Assembly: GCA_010909165.1 (NCBI GenBank)
Contig: MU008151.1
Span: forward strand, 1,106,090 to 1,170,089
Direction of reading: 5' to 3'
DNA from: Anthoceros angustus
Taxonomy: Eukaryota > Plantae > Anthocerotophyta
Length of the DNA: 64,000 nucleotides
The notes under the pieces were generated by a model. That model saw only the letters and a list, made by a program, of their open reading frames with translations. It made no database searches and had not been told where the DNA came from. A program made the position numbers and the translations under genes. This document shows, piece after piece, positions 38,901-51,619 of this stretch (its first letter is position 1; each line of letters begins with the position of its first letter).

Positions 38901-40029
38901 TGACACCAGATCACGGTCAGACTGGGTTGGAAATAGATCTGCTGTCTGTTTTGGTTTGTGCAGTGAGCAGTGAGCGTGGGAGTAGGCAAGTCCTCGAAGG
39001 GAGTTACAGCCAGACATGGGTTCATGGCTAATTCAAACTTCATCTGTGCTTCAGTATCTTCTAACAACTGCCGAGCTGGGGGACAAGCAAGAAGCCTTGC
39101 TGCAAGAGCTTGACTGATCAGAGCAGTCCCACTCAGTTCCCCATGAAATGGACCTGTAGGCACCAGACCAGGGGTTGTGAAGGCACTGGGCTGCATGTTT
39201 GTTGTCGGTTCATGAATATTCTTTACATCCGAGGGAATCACTCTTCTGAAGAGGCTGCATACCAATTTCTGCTGGGTGCATCTCAGCTGGGTATTCTGTG
39301 GGGTGGGAACTCCGTTATCTATGGCTACAGCACCAATGCACTGTGGACGCATCGACTTGCTATGGGATTGGTGTGTGCAATAGAATGTGTGTGTTGTTTG
39401 GTGACTTCTTCTCAAAGTTCGGCATTTTGGAAACAGCAGAACCACATTCGTATCGAGCCTTTCCATGCATTTCCAAATGGGCATCTGGGGGCGCTCTGTA
39501 TTTGGGATTTTGGGTCGCCCAACTCATGTACTAATGCGAACGGGATTGTCATTCCTTGTTCTGTCATTCTTACGTCTCTTGAAGGGGATTCGATTACTGC
39601 AAGAAGACGTCACTTCACATCTTATTCACCTGGTTGCCATCCGGGTCCTAATGCAGGGATGAAATGGTAGGCAAAGCGCCCTGGATTTTGGCTAGCCTCG
39701 GGACTGTGTCCCTGGATGTGACCATTTTCCTACTGATAACGTGCCTGTTCCACGTCCAAAGGCAGGTGCCAGATGAGGGGCTCCTCTGTGGTGGGTTTCC
39801 AAGTCCGGTCATTTTCGGCACTCGCGCCTTGTGCCCTTCCCTGCAGCAGGAGCTAGGATGGCGGCAGGTGCACGCCCGGATTTGTGTTCAAGGAAGGACG
39901 ATTTCTCTGCCTAAGTCTGTTTCCTTCAGGAGTCCTGCGGGGGCCCCAGGGATACTGTCGTGAACTGGCGGAACCCTGTCTACTCCAGTTCACAGGATCC
40001 AGCCCCTGAAACCGATCCCTGATGTATCC

Positions 40030-42192
40030 ACGTTGTCACAAGGGGGAAGCTAAGGGCCCAAACGTTGAGGGAGGCCAAGTCGTCGGCAAGAGCAAGAAGG
40101 ATGTCAGGAAGGCATGGTTGTACCCAATTCCGTAACATTTGTGTGCTCTTGCTTGCATGTGAAAATGTGGCAGCCTTGTGTGTAGGAAGACAGCAACACG
40201 TACAAAACCGTTCATCCTCTTCAAGACGGGGTGGACGGCCGGGCCAGGCAGTCCAGCAGCCGCCGCCGCCGAGCCGGCAGCGCGCGCCAGTCCTTGGCCT
40301 CGTCCGCCATGCTACACTGTGCTTCTCAGCGATGTAAACGGTGGTCTCTGTGGCGAACGCGTGGGAAACGTCCACGCCCCGAACGGGATAAGACTGGCTT
40401 CGCACCGGACTTCCTCCATCCATTCTCTGTTCTATTCCTGGAATCCCTGCAGGCAAAGGGATGGACCAAGTCAGGAGAAGGAGAGTCGTCTCCTCGACTC
40501 AAGGCAGCAAATTAGGTGCTAGGTGATGCCGCGTCCTAAACCTAATGAGTTAAGTACATACTTTACCCTAAGAAGCTTGGTTTCCACTTCGGAGAAGCTG
40601 GGGACTCGATCATCATCTTCTGCATCTACGCAGTGTAGACGTCATCATCCTCAACCCGCCTGTTGCAGCCAGGTGAGGAGCAAGCCGATGCGGTGCAGTT
40701 GCTCACAAGACGTGCACACCAAGGTAGCATATGCTAATCCGAATCGGAACCTTGACAACCTCGCTGCAACCACCTGCAACACCCCAATCCAGTGGACACT
40801 GGCGTATGCCTCACCATCTCATGCAGAATCCACCGTTCCCTGCAGCTTGCAAGCAGGCAACAATGCAGGGAGCAGGGCACGATGTCCTTCCTGGCCATTC
40901 ATGCATGCTGATGAGACTGGAAGATCCCTCCCAGCTCTGCCCAAGTGGGAATCATACCTCTTCGTCATTCAGTGAATTGTGAGCTGTGAGTGCAGCGTCT
41001 CGGAGTTCACACGCCCTTCGGGTGCAGAGTTTTTGTGGAACGAAGGCTCGGTGTCATCTGAGTCCGCCGCCTCACACCCAACTCCACTCTGCTGGTCAGG
41101 CAAGGCAAAATCCGAAAGTGCTGCTTGCTGCTGGGGTCCCTAACTCAGACTCTCGAAGCTTTACATCCATTGTGCTAAGTGCGGCAGCCTACAAAGCTCG
41201 AAGCTGAAACCAGGTTGAGGACTGTAGTTGAGCGGTAGAAGACTTGACTGGATGACTCTAGCCATGTCCATGGCCAATCTCTCCGGCGGGCTGCATAATC
41301 CAGCAAACTTGGGACGTTGCTGATCCAGCAACCGACACTCTACTACCCGTTCTTTTTCAGGATTTCTAGCACATGCGACTATCTTTGCCTGGATATGAGA
41401 CGTTTGGCAAGAATTCGTGACTGAAGTACAGCAGGCTTGCACGTATGCTGGTGGTTGCATGGTAAGGGCATAACTGCATTCTTTCTCATGAATGGATTCT
41501 CGTTGCTGCAACATTGTCGGTGTTGCAATGTTGCAGGATATTTGAATGCGAATTGAATAACTGCAAAGGACTGCACTGTACTTCCTGCCAAGCGCTGGAA
41601 GGTTGATTGGACTGCGAGGTTTTGCAGGTTTGTCACTTTACTACCTTCATTGACAAGTTCTCCACCTCACTTCAAAGTGAGTGGATGCTCAATGCTCCCC
41701 TCGGCTGTAACGAAAATTCATGAACCGACAAGAAATATTTAGGCTACACAATTGATGGCAGTTGTCCATGTGGGGATCAGCTTTGGGAGCCTGTGGACAA
41801 GGGGTCGGGCTTCCTTGATCCGGAGGCAGTGGGAACTGGCACGCTTCAGCCTATGTCTGGGATCGAATAGGAACTGTGCTCTCTGTACGGATGCTCTTCG
41901 TCTTCGCATGGCATAGGAATCTATCTAAACTGGACATCAGTCGTGGTGGTGAGGAAATGTGTACGGAATTCAGGCAACTCGTCCTTTCCTGGAAGGCTCA
42001 CTTGCTTCACCCACACGAATAGACTGCTTCTACCCTTTCTTCACCGATACGATTAGACTGCTTCAACCCTTCCTTCACCCGTGCACGATTCTGCATGCAT
42101 CGGTAAACTGCCTGGAGCAAGACAGTTGGAATGACAAGTCCAAACTCTATATATGTACAGGCTGGGCTTCACTCCACACCACAAAAAAATCA
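40030..42192. repeat. Module D; inverted copy at ~58117-60592
   Basis: Reverse-complement collinearity, e.g. CAGCAGCCGCCGCCGCCGAGCCGGCAG at ~40255 vs ~60280. Confidence 0.85.
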
Positions 42193-42600
42193 ATGGAGGA
42201 TGCGAAGTGGAGGTGGATCAGGCCCTTAGCAATCAAAGCTATTGCTCTTCCTGGCCAAGGCTGGACTACATGCGACTGCCGGCATTGGGGGTTTGGTGCC
42301 CGACCCTGCCACCAGCTTGGATGGACCGGTTTCTGTGGCTGCGGCCTTTGGGGAATCAGCCCTGTCCCATTTAAATCTGGACCTGACAGGACCAGCTGCG
42401 AGCCAGAACACTCCCGTGCAAGAGGCATGGATTGCTCTGAAGAATCTGTCGCAGCCGTTGCTGAGGGATCAAATGGCCGACAAATTCCAACTGCATAAGG
42501 TGCAATTTCGGAAAAGGCCTGAGGGAGGACGAGGAGTGGCATGGGTCGAACGGTGTATGCGGAGGGGAAATGAGAAAAAAAGTCTATCAGCCGCTCTGAC
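42193..42600 (+). pseudogene. TRN1-like C-terminal tip
   Basis: EDAKWRWIRPLAI...EAWIALKNL..KFQLHKVQFR..GVAWV. Confidence 0.8.
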
Positions 42601-44106
42601 GGGAGCAACTAAAACGTCGTGTGTTGCAGCCTACATCAGGATTGAGTGTGTAGAGAACCTCACACCCAGTATCAATCAGTTCTAACACAGTTTGATGAAG
42701 TGCCTTCTTGACAATCAGAAAAGCTTTCCAGGGCAGATTTCCTCCGGCTTGGATTTTCCCGGTTATCAATGGTCCTGGCCAGCGAGGCCTGAAGCACATC
42801 TACCCAGTGCCTTGGAGGAAGCCAGGGACCTGTTAAGTACCTAGTCTCTTTCTGATGCGATGATACCATGTGTAACATTGGGGAGTCAGAACCCTTGCTG
42901 AAGATTTCTTCCCCGGGTTAGTTTTGAATTATCTTCGAAATGCCAAATAAAAAAAAAGAAAACCTTTTAAGTAGCGGTGAAGTTGGGAATGTTTTGCAAG
43001 ACTGGCGGACACGTCTATCCCTCCGTGTAACAAGTGGCCCTTCAATTGGAAGAAAAAGTTACTCGCAGCAATCGCCTCAATTGAAGTCAGTGCAGAAGCT
43101 ACTATATGGTGACGAAAGCGTGGAAGCAGGCAATCGGAGCGGTTCCGCAATGATTGTAAGCATGGAAGAAGACAGACATGGAGGAGCGATAGACAGAGGG
43201 CGACGTGAAGCTCTTCTCCAGACCTTCAAAGTTTGAAACTGATGTTGTGGTGAACGATCCTAAGGATCTCACAGCAGAAGAAGCAGTTGTGGAGACGAAC
43301 CTTTCAGGGATGTCGAGAAAGGCACAAACTTTATCATAGCTTTGATGGAAGCCATCATTGAGGGCTCTCAAACGGAAGATGTGCCGAGCATTCTAGCAAG
43401 CGTTATTGGCAACATCACGGACATGGAGGTCGTGCACAAAACCGGAGCAGGATACGAGAAGAAATTCTTGTGTCCCGAGTTGCGCAGCACACTAACTAGA
43501 ATGCTACACTGGTCTTAACCATTCCATGCTCTTCAAATGCCTGGCTAGCGTAAGTAGGGTGCGGCCAGGCTATACCATAACCAACCAACCTGTAATGCCT
43601 TCAATCAAGTGTCAGGTATCGTCTTCAGCGACACACATGGCTGGTGCGTCAAACTGCTTCTGATAGGGTCTTCTCCCTTCTCCTTTTTCTACGCATTCCT
43701 GTTTGGCAAAGAGAGACATCTCACAGCGTCCTTGTGTGGATGAACAAATGTGGCTCATGGAGGCTATGGGTAGGGAGGGCAGAACGTGCGTGTTTGTACA
43801 GCTGCAGCTGTTGGTTTCAAGAAGCAAGTCCAGATTGGAAAGGTATGAATTTCCCAACTCACTGTACGTTGGGTCCGGGACCAAGGCATTGAATGGCTGA
43901 TAAGCGAACCCTACACTATCTCAAGGACATCAATCCTACACTATCTCAAGGACATCCTTTGTACACCGTCAGGATGTATTTTTCATCTTCCCGACCAGGC
44001 AAATCTGGGACAAGACGTCCTTCACTCAAATCGCGTCTGCAGCTCCTGTCTTCATGTCACAGATGGCTTCTCTTCGACGTCTTAGCCCTTGACGGTTGTC
44101 GGTGCC

Positions 44107-44241
44107 TCGACCAGCACATGATAATGATAAAACACCTCTGGCTTGTCTGCCGCAAAACTGTGTCCAGTGATGGACCCATCAGTGGAAACAGTTACAACTC
44201 TGGCAAACAAGCCAAAGGTGTTAGTCATTATTGCTTTCGAG
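44107..44241. repeat. Hairpin copy 4
   Basis: Same arms with a few substitutions. Confidence 0.85.
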
Positions 44242-44885
44242 ATCGCTTTCTCCATCCAATACCCGTGCGGCAGCTCGGACCCTGCATCTCTTGACAAGTA
44301 CGGCTGATAACCCTATTGCTGCAGTCAAGAGAAAGCTCTCTACATCTCTGGAACTTTCACCAACCACAAATCTATCCAGCCCAGGCAGAAGAGTATACAT
44401 CAGAGAGGATACATCGGGGCTCAGTTTCAGGGGCTTACTAAACATATTGCCTCATCCACTCGTCATGCGCGGCCCAGAAGTGGTTTTACGTGGGATCTAT
44501 GCCGTAGAGTCTGCTCATTGCCTCAAAAGGCTCCCGCCCCTCGTTCACAAGTCCTGTACGACAGCAGACAGTCAGTACACTAAGGACTGCGATACCGTCT
44601 GGTTCAGAGCCATCCTGTTTCATTCTCTGGACCAACTCAGAGTCCACTTTACTGCCTCCTTCGTGGCGGGTGTAGCCTGCAATCAGTGCATCCAGATGAC
44701 GGATGTCTCTTCAGCCAATGTCTCTTGCTAGCCGAGTGAGCCAGTGGACATTTAAGAGGTCATTTGCAATCGGTTTCTCACCTTGGACGCACTGCTTTCA
44801 CAAGTCCGTGCCTCCATGTGTATTGGTTACCCTTTGGACATGTCTAAAGCAAACTTGAGTGAACTGCCAGAGATTGTGGAGAACC

Positions 44886-46562
44886 ATGATCTCCTGACAG
44901 CAGGATTTTCTAAAGCCTGGGAAAGAAGGCCTCCAGAGTCCAGCTGCAAAATCCAATTGCAGGAGCAGGAGGTCCACTATGAGTATAACCTCCAGCTTGC
45001 TAGCACCCCAATTTCAAAACCTGTGAACTTGCAAGTATGTCGTTTCTCTGCACATTTGACAAATTATCAATTCAAACGATCTACGAGGCCTGAAGCACGA
45101 AACATGTCACCGGTACCGGAACTATCTATAACTGCAATAGCTCCATGTCCCACAACTGGCTGAGAAACGCAATCGAGAACACGCCGTGTGACGAGCTCAT
45201 AGGTTTGCTGCAAACAGTGCTACATATCTCTAGCATACCATCTCCTTTACCAGTGCTGGCCACAAACACGTTGCTTGCTCTCTAGTCTGCACATGAAGTT
45301 GCATCCCCTTCTCCAGATTTATGGTGTCCTCCTTTGCAGGAGGCGCGAACATCCATGCCTAACCTTTATCGCACCATAGAGACAAAGGGTTCGTGAGCCC
45401 ATGCCCCTGCTGGGCATATCCTGCTATCCTGGCAGTACATGTGACACCTGTATTTTCACCAAGTGCGTTCCGGACACACGATGGCATCAGTAACTTGCAA
45501 AACCTTGGCAAGGCAAGTCTTACCATGAGTAGTGAACAATTGCTGCCTGTAAGACCGACTACCTGAAGGAGTAAGGACCTGCACCAGAAAGTTTCGCCAT
45601 TTCCAAGTCTTGGCAGCTTGTCCCAGCTCGGTTGGCTGTTCTTCCCAAGACGTTGGTACCCCTAAAATCTACAGATGCACAGATCAAATTTGTGTTAGTC
45701 ATTACTCCAAGGTGCAGGGCACGATGATCTCCTGACAGCAGGATTTTCTAAAGCCTGGGAAAGAAGGCCTCCAGAGTCCAGCTGCAAAATCCAATTGCAG
45801 GAGCAGGAGGTCCACCATGAGTATAACCTCCAGCTTGCTAGCACCCCAATTTCAAAACCTGTGAACTTGCAGTATGTCGTTTCTCTGCACATTTGACAAA
45901 TTATCAATTCAAACGATCTACGAGGCCTGAAGCACGAAACATGTCACCGGTACCGGAACTATCTATAACTGCAATAGCTCCATATCCACAACTGGCTGAG
46001 AAACGCAATCGAGAACACGCCGTGTGACGAGCTCATAGGTTTGCTGCAAACAGTGCTACATAGCATCTCTAGCATACCATCTCCTTTACCAGTGCTGGCC
46101 ACAAACACGTTGCTTGCTCTCTAGTCTGCACATGAAGTTGCATCCCCTTCTCCAGATTTATGGTGTCCTCCTTTGCAGGAGGCGCGAACATCCATGCCTA
46201 ACCTTTATCGCACCATAGAGACAAAGGGTTCGTGAGCCCATGCCCCTGCTGGGCATATCCTGCTATCCTGGCAGTACATGTGACACCTGTATTTTCACCA
46301 AGTGCGTTCCGGACACACGATGGCATCAGTAACTTGCAAAACCTTGGCAAGGCAAGTCTTACCATGAGTAGTGAACAATTGCTGCCTGTAAGACCGACTA
46401 CCTGAAGGAGTAAGGACCTGCACCAGAAAGTTTCGCCATTTCCAAGTCTTGGCAGCTTGTCCCAGCTCGGTTGGCTGTTCTTCCCAAGACGTTGGTACCC
46501 CTAAAATCTACAGATGCACAGATCAAATTTGTGTTAGTCATTACTCCAAGGTGCAGGGCACG
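44886..46562. repeat. ~840-bp tandem duplication (2 near-identical units)
   Basis: ATGATCTCCTGACAGCAGG restarts at ~45724; ATG microhomology at the junction. Confidence 0.9.
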
Positions 46563-46843
46563 ATGTCATTCCTGGCCACTGATGCATGCTCACTCTGGAG
46601 GATCCCTCCTTCACCAACCAGGGGCCCTCCACAGTTCTGGAAGAGTCAGAGGCTTGAACAACCAAAAGGACGAATTCGACAAAGGTGGGATTTCAAAGTG
46701 ATGAAAAGATACAGCAGGATTAGGCTCTACAGTCTAATGCCTGTCTACCTACCATTATCCAATCACATGATGCAGATGGCTCCTAGAGTCATCCTGCAAA
46801 TGCCAAAGTTAGGCTGCAACACACGACGTTCTAGTTGCTCCCG

Positions 46844-49790
46844 TCAGAGCGGCTGATAGACTTGTCTTAATTCCCTCCGCATACACCGTTCGCAAACCCA
46901 TGCCACTCCTCGTCCTCCATCCTGCCGTTTCCGATATTGCACCTTGTGCAGTTGGAATTTGTCAGCCATTTGATCCCTCAGCAACGGCTGCAACAGATTC
47001 TTCAGAGCAATCCATGCCTCTTGCACGGGAGTGTTCTGGCTCGCAGCTGGTCCTGTCAGGTCCAGATTTAAATGGGACAGGGCTGATTCCCAAAGGCCGC
47101 AGCCACAGAAACCGCTCCATCCAAGCTGGTAGGGGTCGGGAACCACCCCAATGCCGGCAGCATGTAGGCCAGCCTTGGCCAGGAAGAGCAATAGCTTTGC
47201 ACCGTTGATTGCTAAGGGCCTGATCCACCTCCACTTCGCATCCTCCAATGTCAAGTCAAATCCAGTTTGGCCCACACGATGTGATTCCCAAAGATGTTTT
47301 CGCACATGAAGTGCAGCTTAGCCGCTTTGCCCACACGCACCCCTGCAATCAATCTCTGTGCCAGACCCACGTCTGCAGTGGTGATGTAGGGACGTCTGGG
47401 TATCTGACTGCTTTCTAATTCTGCAGAGAAATTCATAATCTCATCCATCTTCGAAAGCAAGAGTTGTAGAGTATCTTCCTGCAGGTCTTCATATCGCTTA
47501 TCTCACGTTGCAAAGTCTCGCCAACTCTATCCACTTTGACTCCACTGCTTTCACCTCTGTCTCCACCATTTTCAACCGTGTATCCACCATTTTCACGTCG
47601 TGCTTCAAATCTCTCATCCCATGATTGAAGGTTTGCAACAGTTGCTCCCCATCTCCAGTGACTAGTTCCAGGGAGGATATAGTACGTCGGACGTAGGCAA
47701 ACCGAGACGTTTGAAGTGGTGCGTCTTGTTGTGCTAGCACCCCTTCCTCTGTAGGCAGGACTTCCTCTACAGCTGCATCTATGCTGGATATGGTTTGACG
47801 GAGACCTGTTCGTCGCCTTTGCAAGACATCCAAGACTTCACCAGTACTTAAGAGCTTATCAGCTCCCTCACAAGCACTCTCCAAAGAGGCTTCAGGACAT
47901 GCTGGCCACGACCAGCTGAAGTCGGCTAGATCCACTGAGGAGAAAATCTCCCCTGGACAGTCTTGTTGGACTGCAAATACACACTTGAGCAAATCCTGCG
48001 TTAGCACTGACTGGTTATGGCGGTAGATACAGAGTGTGAGGTTTTCGACACACTCTGTCCTGATAATTCCTTCCACAAGCTCGACTCCCGGACTGCCTTC
48101 AGGGAAGCACAAAAGATTTCAACTTTGCAACCACATGTTCCTTGAGAAACTCGATAGTTTCATCTTTGCTCTTGGATGACCTCACCAGAATATCAATATG
48201 GTCACCGATGTCTCCGGTGTCCTCTCCGATATCCCCACTGCTTTCCAAAACACATCCATACCATCACACAAAAGTTGATGAGGTTGCGTTCAATACGATA
48301 TTGATGAGGTTGCATGCCATGGAATCCGGTAAACAAATCCTTTCGAAGGCAGACCTGCAATACGCAAACCTCCACAATGTCAGTAAACAGGTTGAAGACA
48401 CACACCATCAAAACAAAGACATGTTGGTAGTTATCGTACTTGGAATCTAGGAAAAAGCCTGGACCAAGAAACGTCTTCGTCTTGTCAAGGCACTGTAACC
48501 TCCTTCCGAGGTAGTTGTAATTGCTTGCTGTATCAGCAGTTTCCCAGTTCAACTTTCGTCTCCCAGGAAGAGCGTCACCATTACCGGCGGCCATGGTGAA
48601 GGGAACAAAGAATGACACCGAGTCGGATCCTCTTCATAGCATAAGTTGAGAGTGGTCATCAACGATACCAGATGTTGCCTTTCAATCCCTCCGTTGTGTG
48701 CCGCTGAGAATCTCATCCAAGGTGGAATGAAGCAGACTTTGAGCAACAAATCCATCTGAGGAATGCGACAAACCTCTAGACGGGAGACATGCTCTGGTTA
48801 GAAGGTGAATGAGTCGCCTAAAAATTGTGACTCATCCAGTGTGGATTTATCACCACAACATCTGTATCTTGAAAACAGATGATACTACCCACATCATGCA
48901 AATAGGCAAGAATGGCTCCCAATCGTTCCCCTCATCTTGAACCCCACCTTTGTGAGACTCTGTAGCTCGTTTTGGAACAAAGTTTGAAGTTGCTGTTTCC
49001 TCACCATCGGTTGAGCTGGATGTTGGGATACCCAGGCAGTCAAATCAGCACTCAATCGGTTGCATACCTCGGGTGCCCAAAACAGTCTAGTTGCAAATAG
49101 AGCTCGAAACGATTCCATGAGTGCGTCCAGCAAGGGCCTCACACTTTGGCAGATCGAGCGTCCATGGAGAAGAGTGGTGTTTTGCACGTGAACAACCTGT
49201 GAAACTCGGTGGCCAACTGTGTCAGAACGGGTTGAAGGAGATCCGGTAATGCTTCAGCATCAGAACGCTTCATCTTATCCACATGAGTTGCCACCACAAA
49301 TACTTGAGGCAAAGTAGAGCCCACGTTGCGACAATTGGAGTTGATGAACCTAAGCCAGTACGCCAAGCTCCTTCTGAACCTGTCCCGCAGGATATCACGC
49401 ATATTAAGCGGATGCAGTTGGGTAGGTTTCCGTTTCCGATCATCAAATGGGCTGAACGCAAGCAGGAAGACACATGCTTGGTTGAAGGTCGGAAAGAGGT
49501 AGTCTTGCAGAGCTCGGTAGTGAACTTGTCCAGCCAGATCCCACATGGTAACTTGCATATCATGGTCGTTGCGCAACACCTCGATTTCTATGCCTTCCGT
49601 TCTGGTACTGACGGAAGACATCCATCCGTCGCCAAGCATGACATTTTTCCTTCAGTCGAACTTGGCCGAGCTGGAGCTTTGATGCGGCTATCTGTCGTTT
49701 CCACGCCCGGATCATGGTGGTGCGGAGAGTGGTCTTCCCTGCCAAAGGGGGACCGCACAGGAAGAGGCGCCCAGCCTTGGGCATCACAGG
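46844..49790 (-). pseudogene. TRN1-like Roc-COR-C-terminal region, frameshifted, LRRs absent
   Basis: LFLCGPPLAGKTTL; TRTEGIEI; MWDLAGQVHY; VATHVDK; COR LHDVGSIICF..VVVNPHW..NFLG; FFVP; YLGRRLQC.D...FLGPGFF; C-terminal LHFMCE / WVCERC. Confidence 0.88.
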
Positions 49791-49974
49791 AAGAGGCGCC
49801 CAATCCTCCGCCTCATGCTCTTCCGCCATGCTCTGCTATGCTATGCTTCCCCGTAGCTCGGCGAACTGCCAGATCCCAGTGGCTAGAATGGAATGAGGGC
49901 CAACCAGCGGCTCCTCCAGGCCACACCATATCCCGCGGCCTTCAGCCCTGGCAGGCAGGCCCCACGCAGCGAAA

Positions 49975-50137
49975 GTTCCCACATGAACGGGGAAACAGGC
50001 GAAACTTAAACATGCTAAAATAAGTAAATGAAGCATTTACTTTTGGTCTTGTTTTTAGGTACATGGGAATTTGTCCGGGTCAGTCGAGATCGGGACACCG
50101 GAACGGAACGGGAAACGGCTCCCGTGCCCGGTCCCTG
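49975..50137 (-). mobile_element. Possible hAT-type transposon end
   Basis: Minus strand starts CAGGGACCGGGCACGGG, with CCGTT(T)C subterminal reiterations; no partner end found. Confidence 0.3.
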
Positions 50138-50273
50138 TGATGGATGATGGGCTGGGTTGGGTTGGGTGTCCATGGAAACTGGATCCAGCCTAGAAATCCT
50201 TTACTTGTAATTTTCGATAACATGATCTTTCATGAATCTAAGCTCATTAGGGTCTGGCAGCCTGTGAAAGGGA

Positions 50274-50358
50274 ACAACACGCTCACCAAAGTCGGCGTTT
50301 GGGGAAGGGAAGTGCACAACACGCTCACCAAAGTCGGCGTTTGGGGAAGGGAAGTGCA
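50274..50358. repeat. ~42-bp tandem duplication
   Basis: ACAACACGCTCACCAAAGTCGGCGTTTGGGGAAGGGAAGTGC x2. Confidence 0.9.
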
Positions 50359-51619
50359 ATGATATTGCGGATATAACTCATGGTGTTTCTCGAGAAGTCA
50401 ATAGCAGGGTATGAGTAATGTTTTCTTTCAAATCGTTCCAGTTGGGAGGGATCTTTCCCGTAGAAGAAGAAGAATTTTATTTAAGTCCACTAAGGACGGA
50501 TTTCCGTCATGGGACTTGGTACTTAACAACTTGTACCATGGTGTCCTAAGCTACTTGTACCATGGTGTGCCTAAGCTACTTGCACCAACGGCATCTACTC
50601 CCTTTAAGCACCCCATCTAAGTATCGATCTAAGCTCAGGACGCTTAATAAGCACGTTCTTATAAATGTGTCAGTAGATATTGGATATGGACATGTAATGG
50701 AGAGGTTATATGGACATCCTCGCAAGCCATCTGCTGGTCATAGTTGGGGTGCAGATGACGTGGAAGGGGAAAGTACTGCCACCTCTCACTCTCTTGTGGC
50801 CTGGGTGAGGGATGTAAATTTATTGTCCTTCCCCTAACCGGAGCTTACCAATGCATGCGTGAGGGATGTAAATTTGGTGTCCTTCCCCTAACCGGAGCTT
50901 TCCCATGTATGCAATCAAAGTTTCCTCTCCACTAGACATAGGATATGGACAACTTGGAAGGTTGGTTTCCATTCACAGGTCCCGGCAGTGGATATTTTCT
51001 CACAGGATATGTTGTCAACCTTCTCGGAGGTTGCCTTGGATGCAACTGACTTTTATCTTCTCCTGAAGCAGGAGCAGGAGCAGGAGAAGAGAAAGTGAGT
51101 GAAGATGTGTACCTTTCGGCCAAAGGACTTGTCTCTCCTTGCCCGCTGAGAAAGCCCTGGCCGTCTACCAGCAAGGACCAGCTTCTGAGTTCGAGTACAG
51201 AGGTGCTCTGCTTGCGTGGCCCGAACGAGGTGGGGAGGGCTAAATACAGCTCTCACAGGGGCTCATCACTAGCTGTTATTGCATACCCCGTCTCCTGCAT
51301 TTCACCTAAGCGTCAGCATGTTCTTCGTTCGCCTTTCGCAATGTCTCCACCTTCACATTTTGCCCATCCATTAATACACCTTCCTCGATCTCTGCAAGAC
51401 AGCCACATGCTTGGACCATACTAATAAGAGTTCAAGCATCTGGCAGCACACTTTCCCTTCGCATTTCCGAGTCAAGCCTGCAAAGCCCTCTCCCCTTCAC
51501 CCTGAGCACAGCAGCTGGCTGGCCCTCATTGCATTCTAGCCACTGGGATCTGGCAGTTCGCCGAGCTACCGGGAAGCATAGCATACCATAGTAGAGCATG
51601 GCGGAAGAGCATGAGGCGG

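Noticed and set aside
38741-39670. Overlapping 247-aa and 186-aa ORFs as genes
   Set aside because: They cross module junctions, have no recognisable domain, and such ORFs are expected by chance at ~50% GC.
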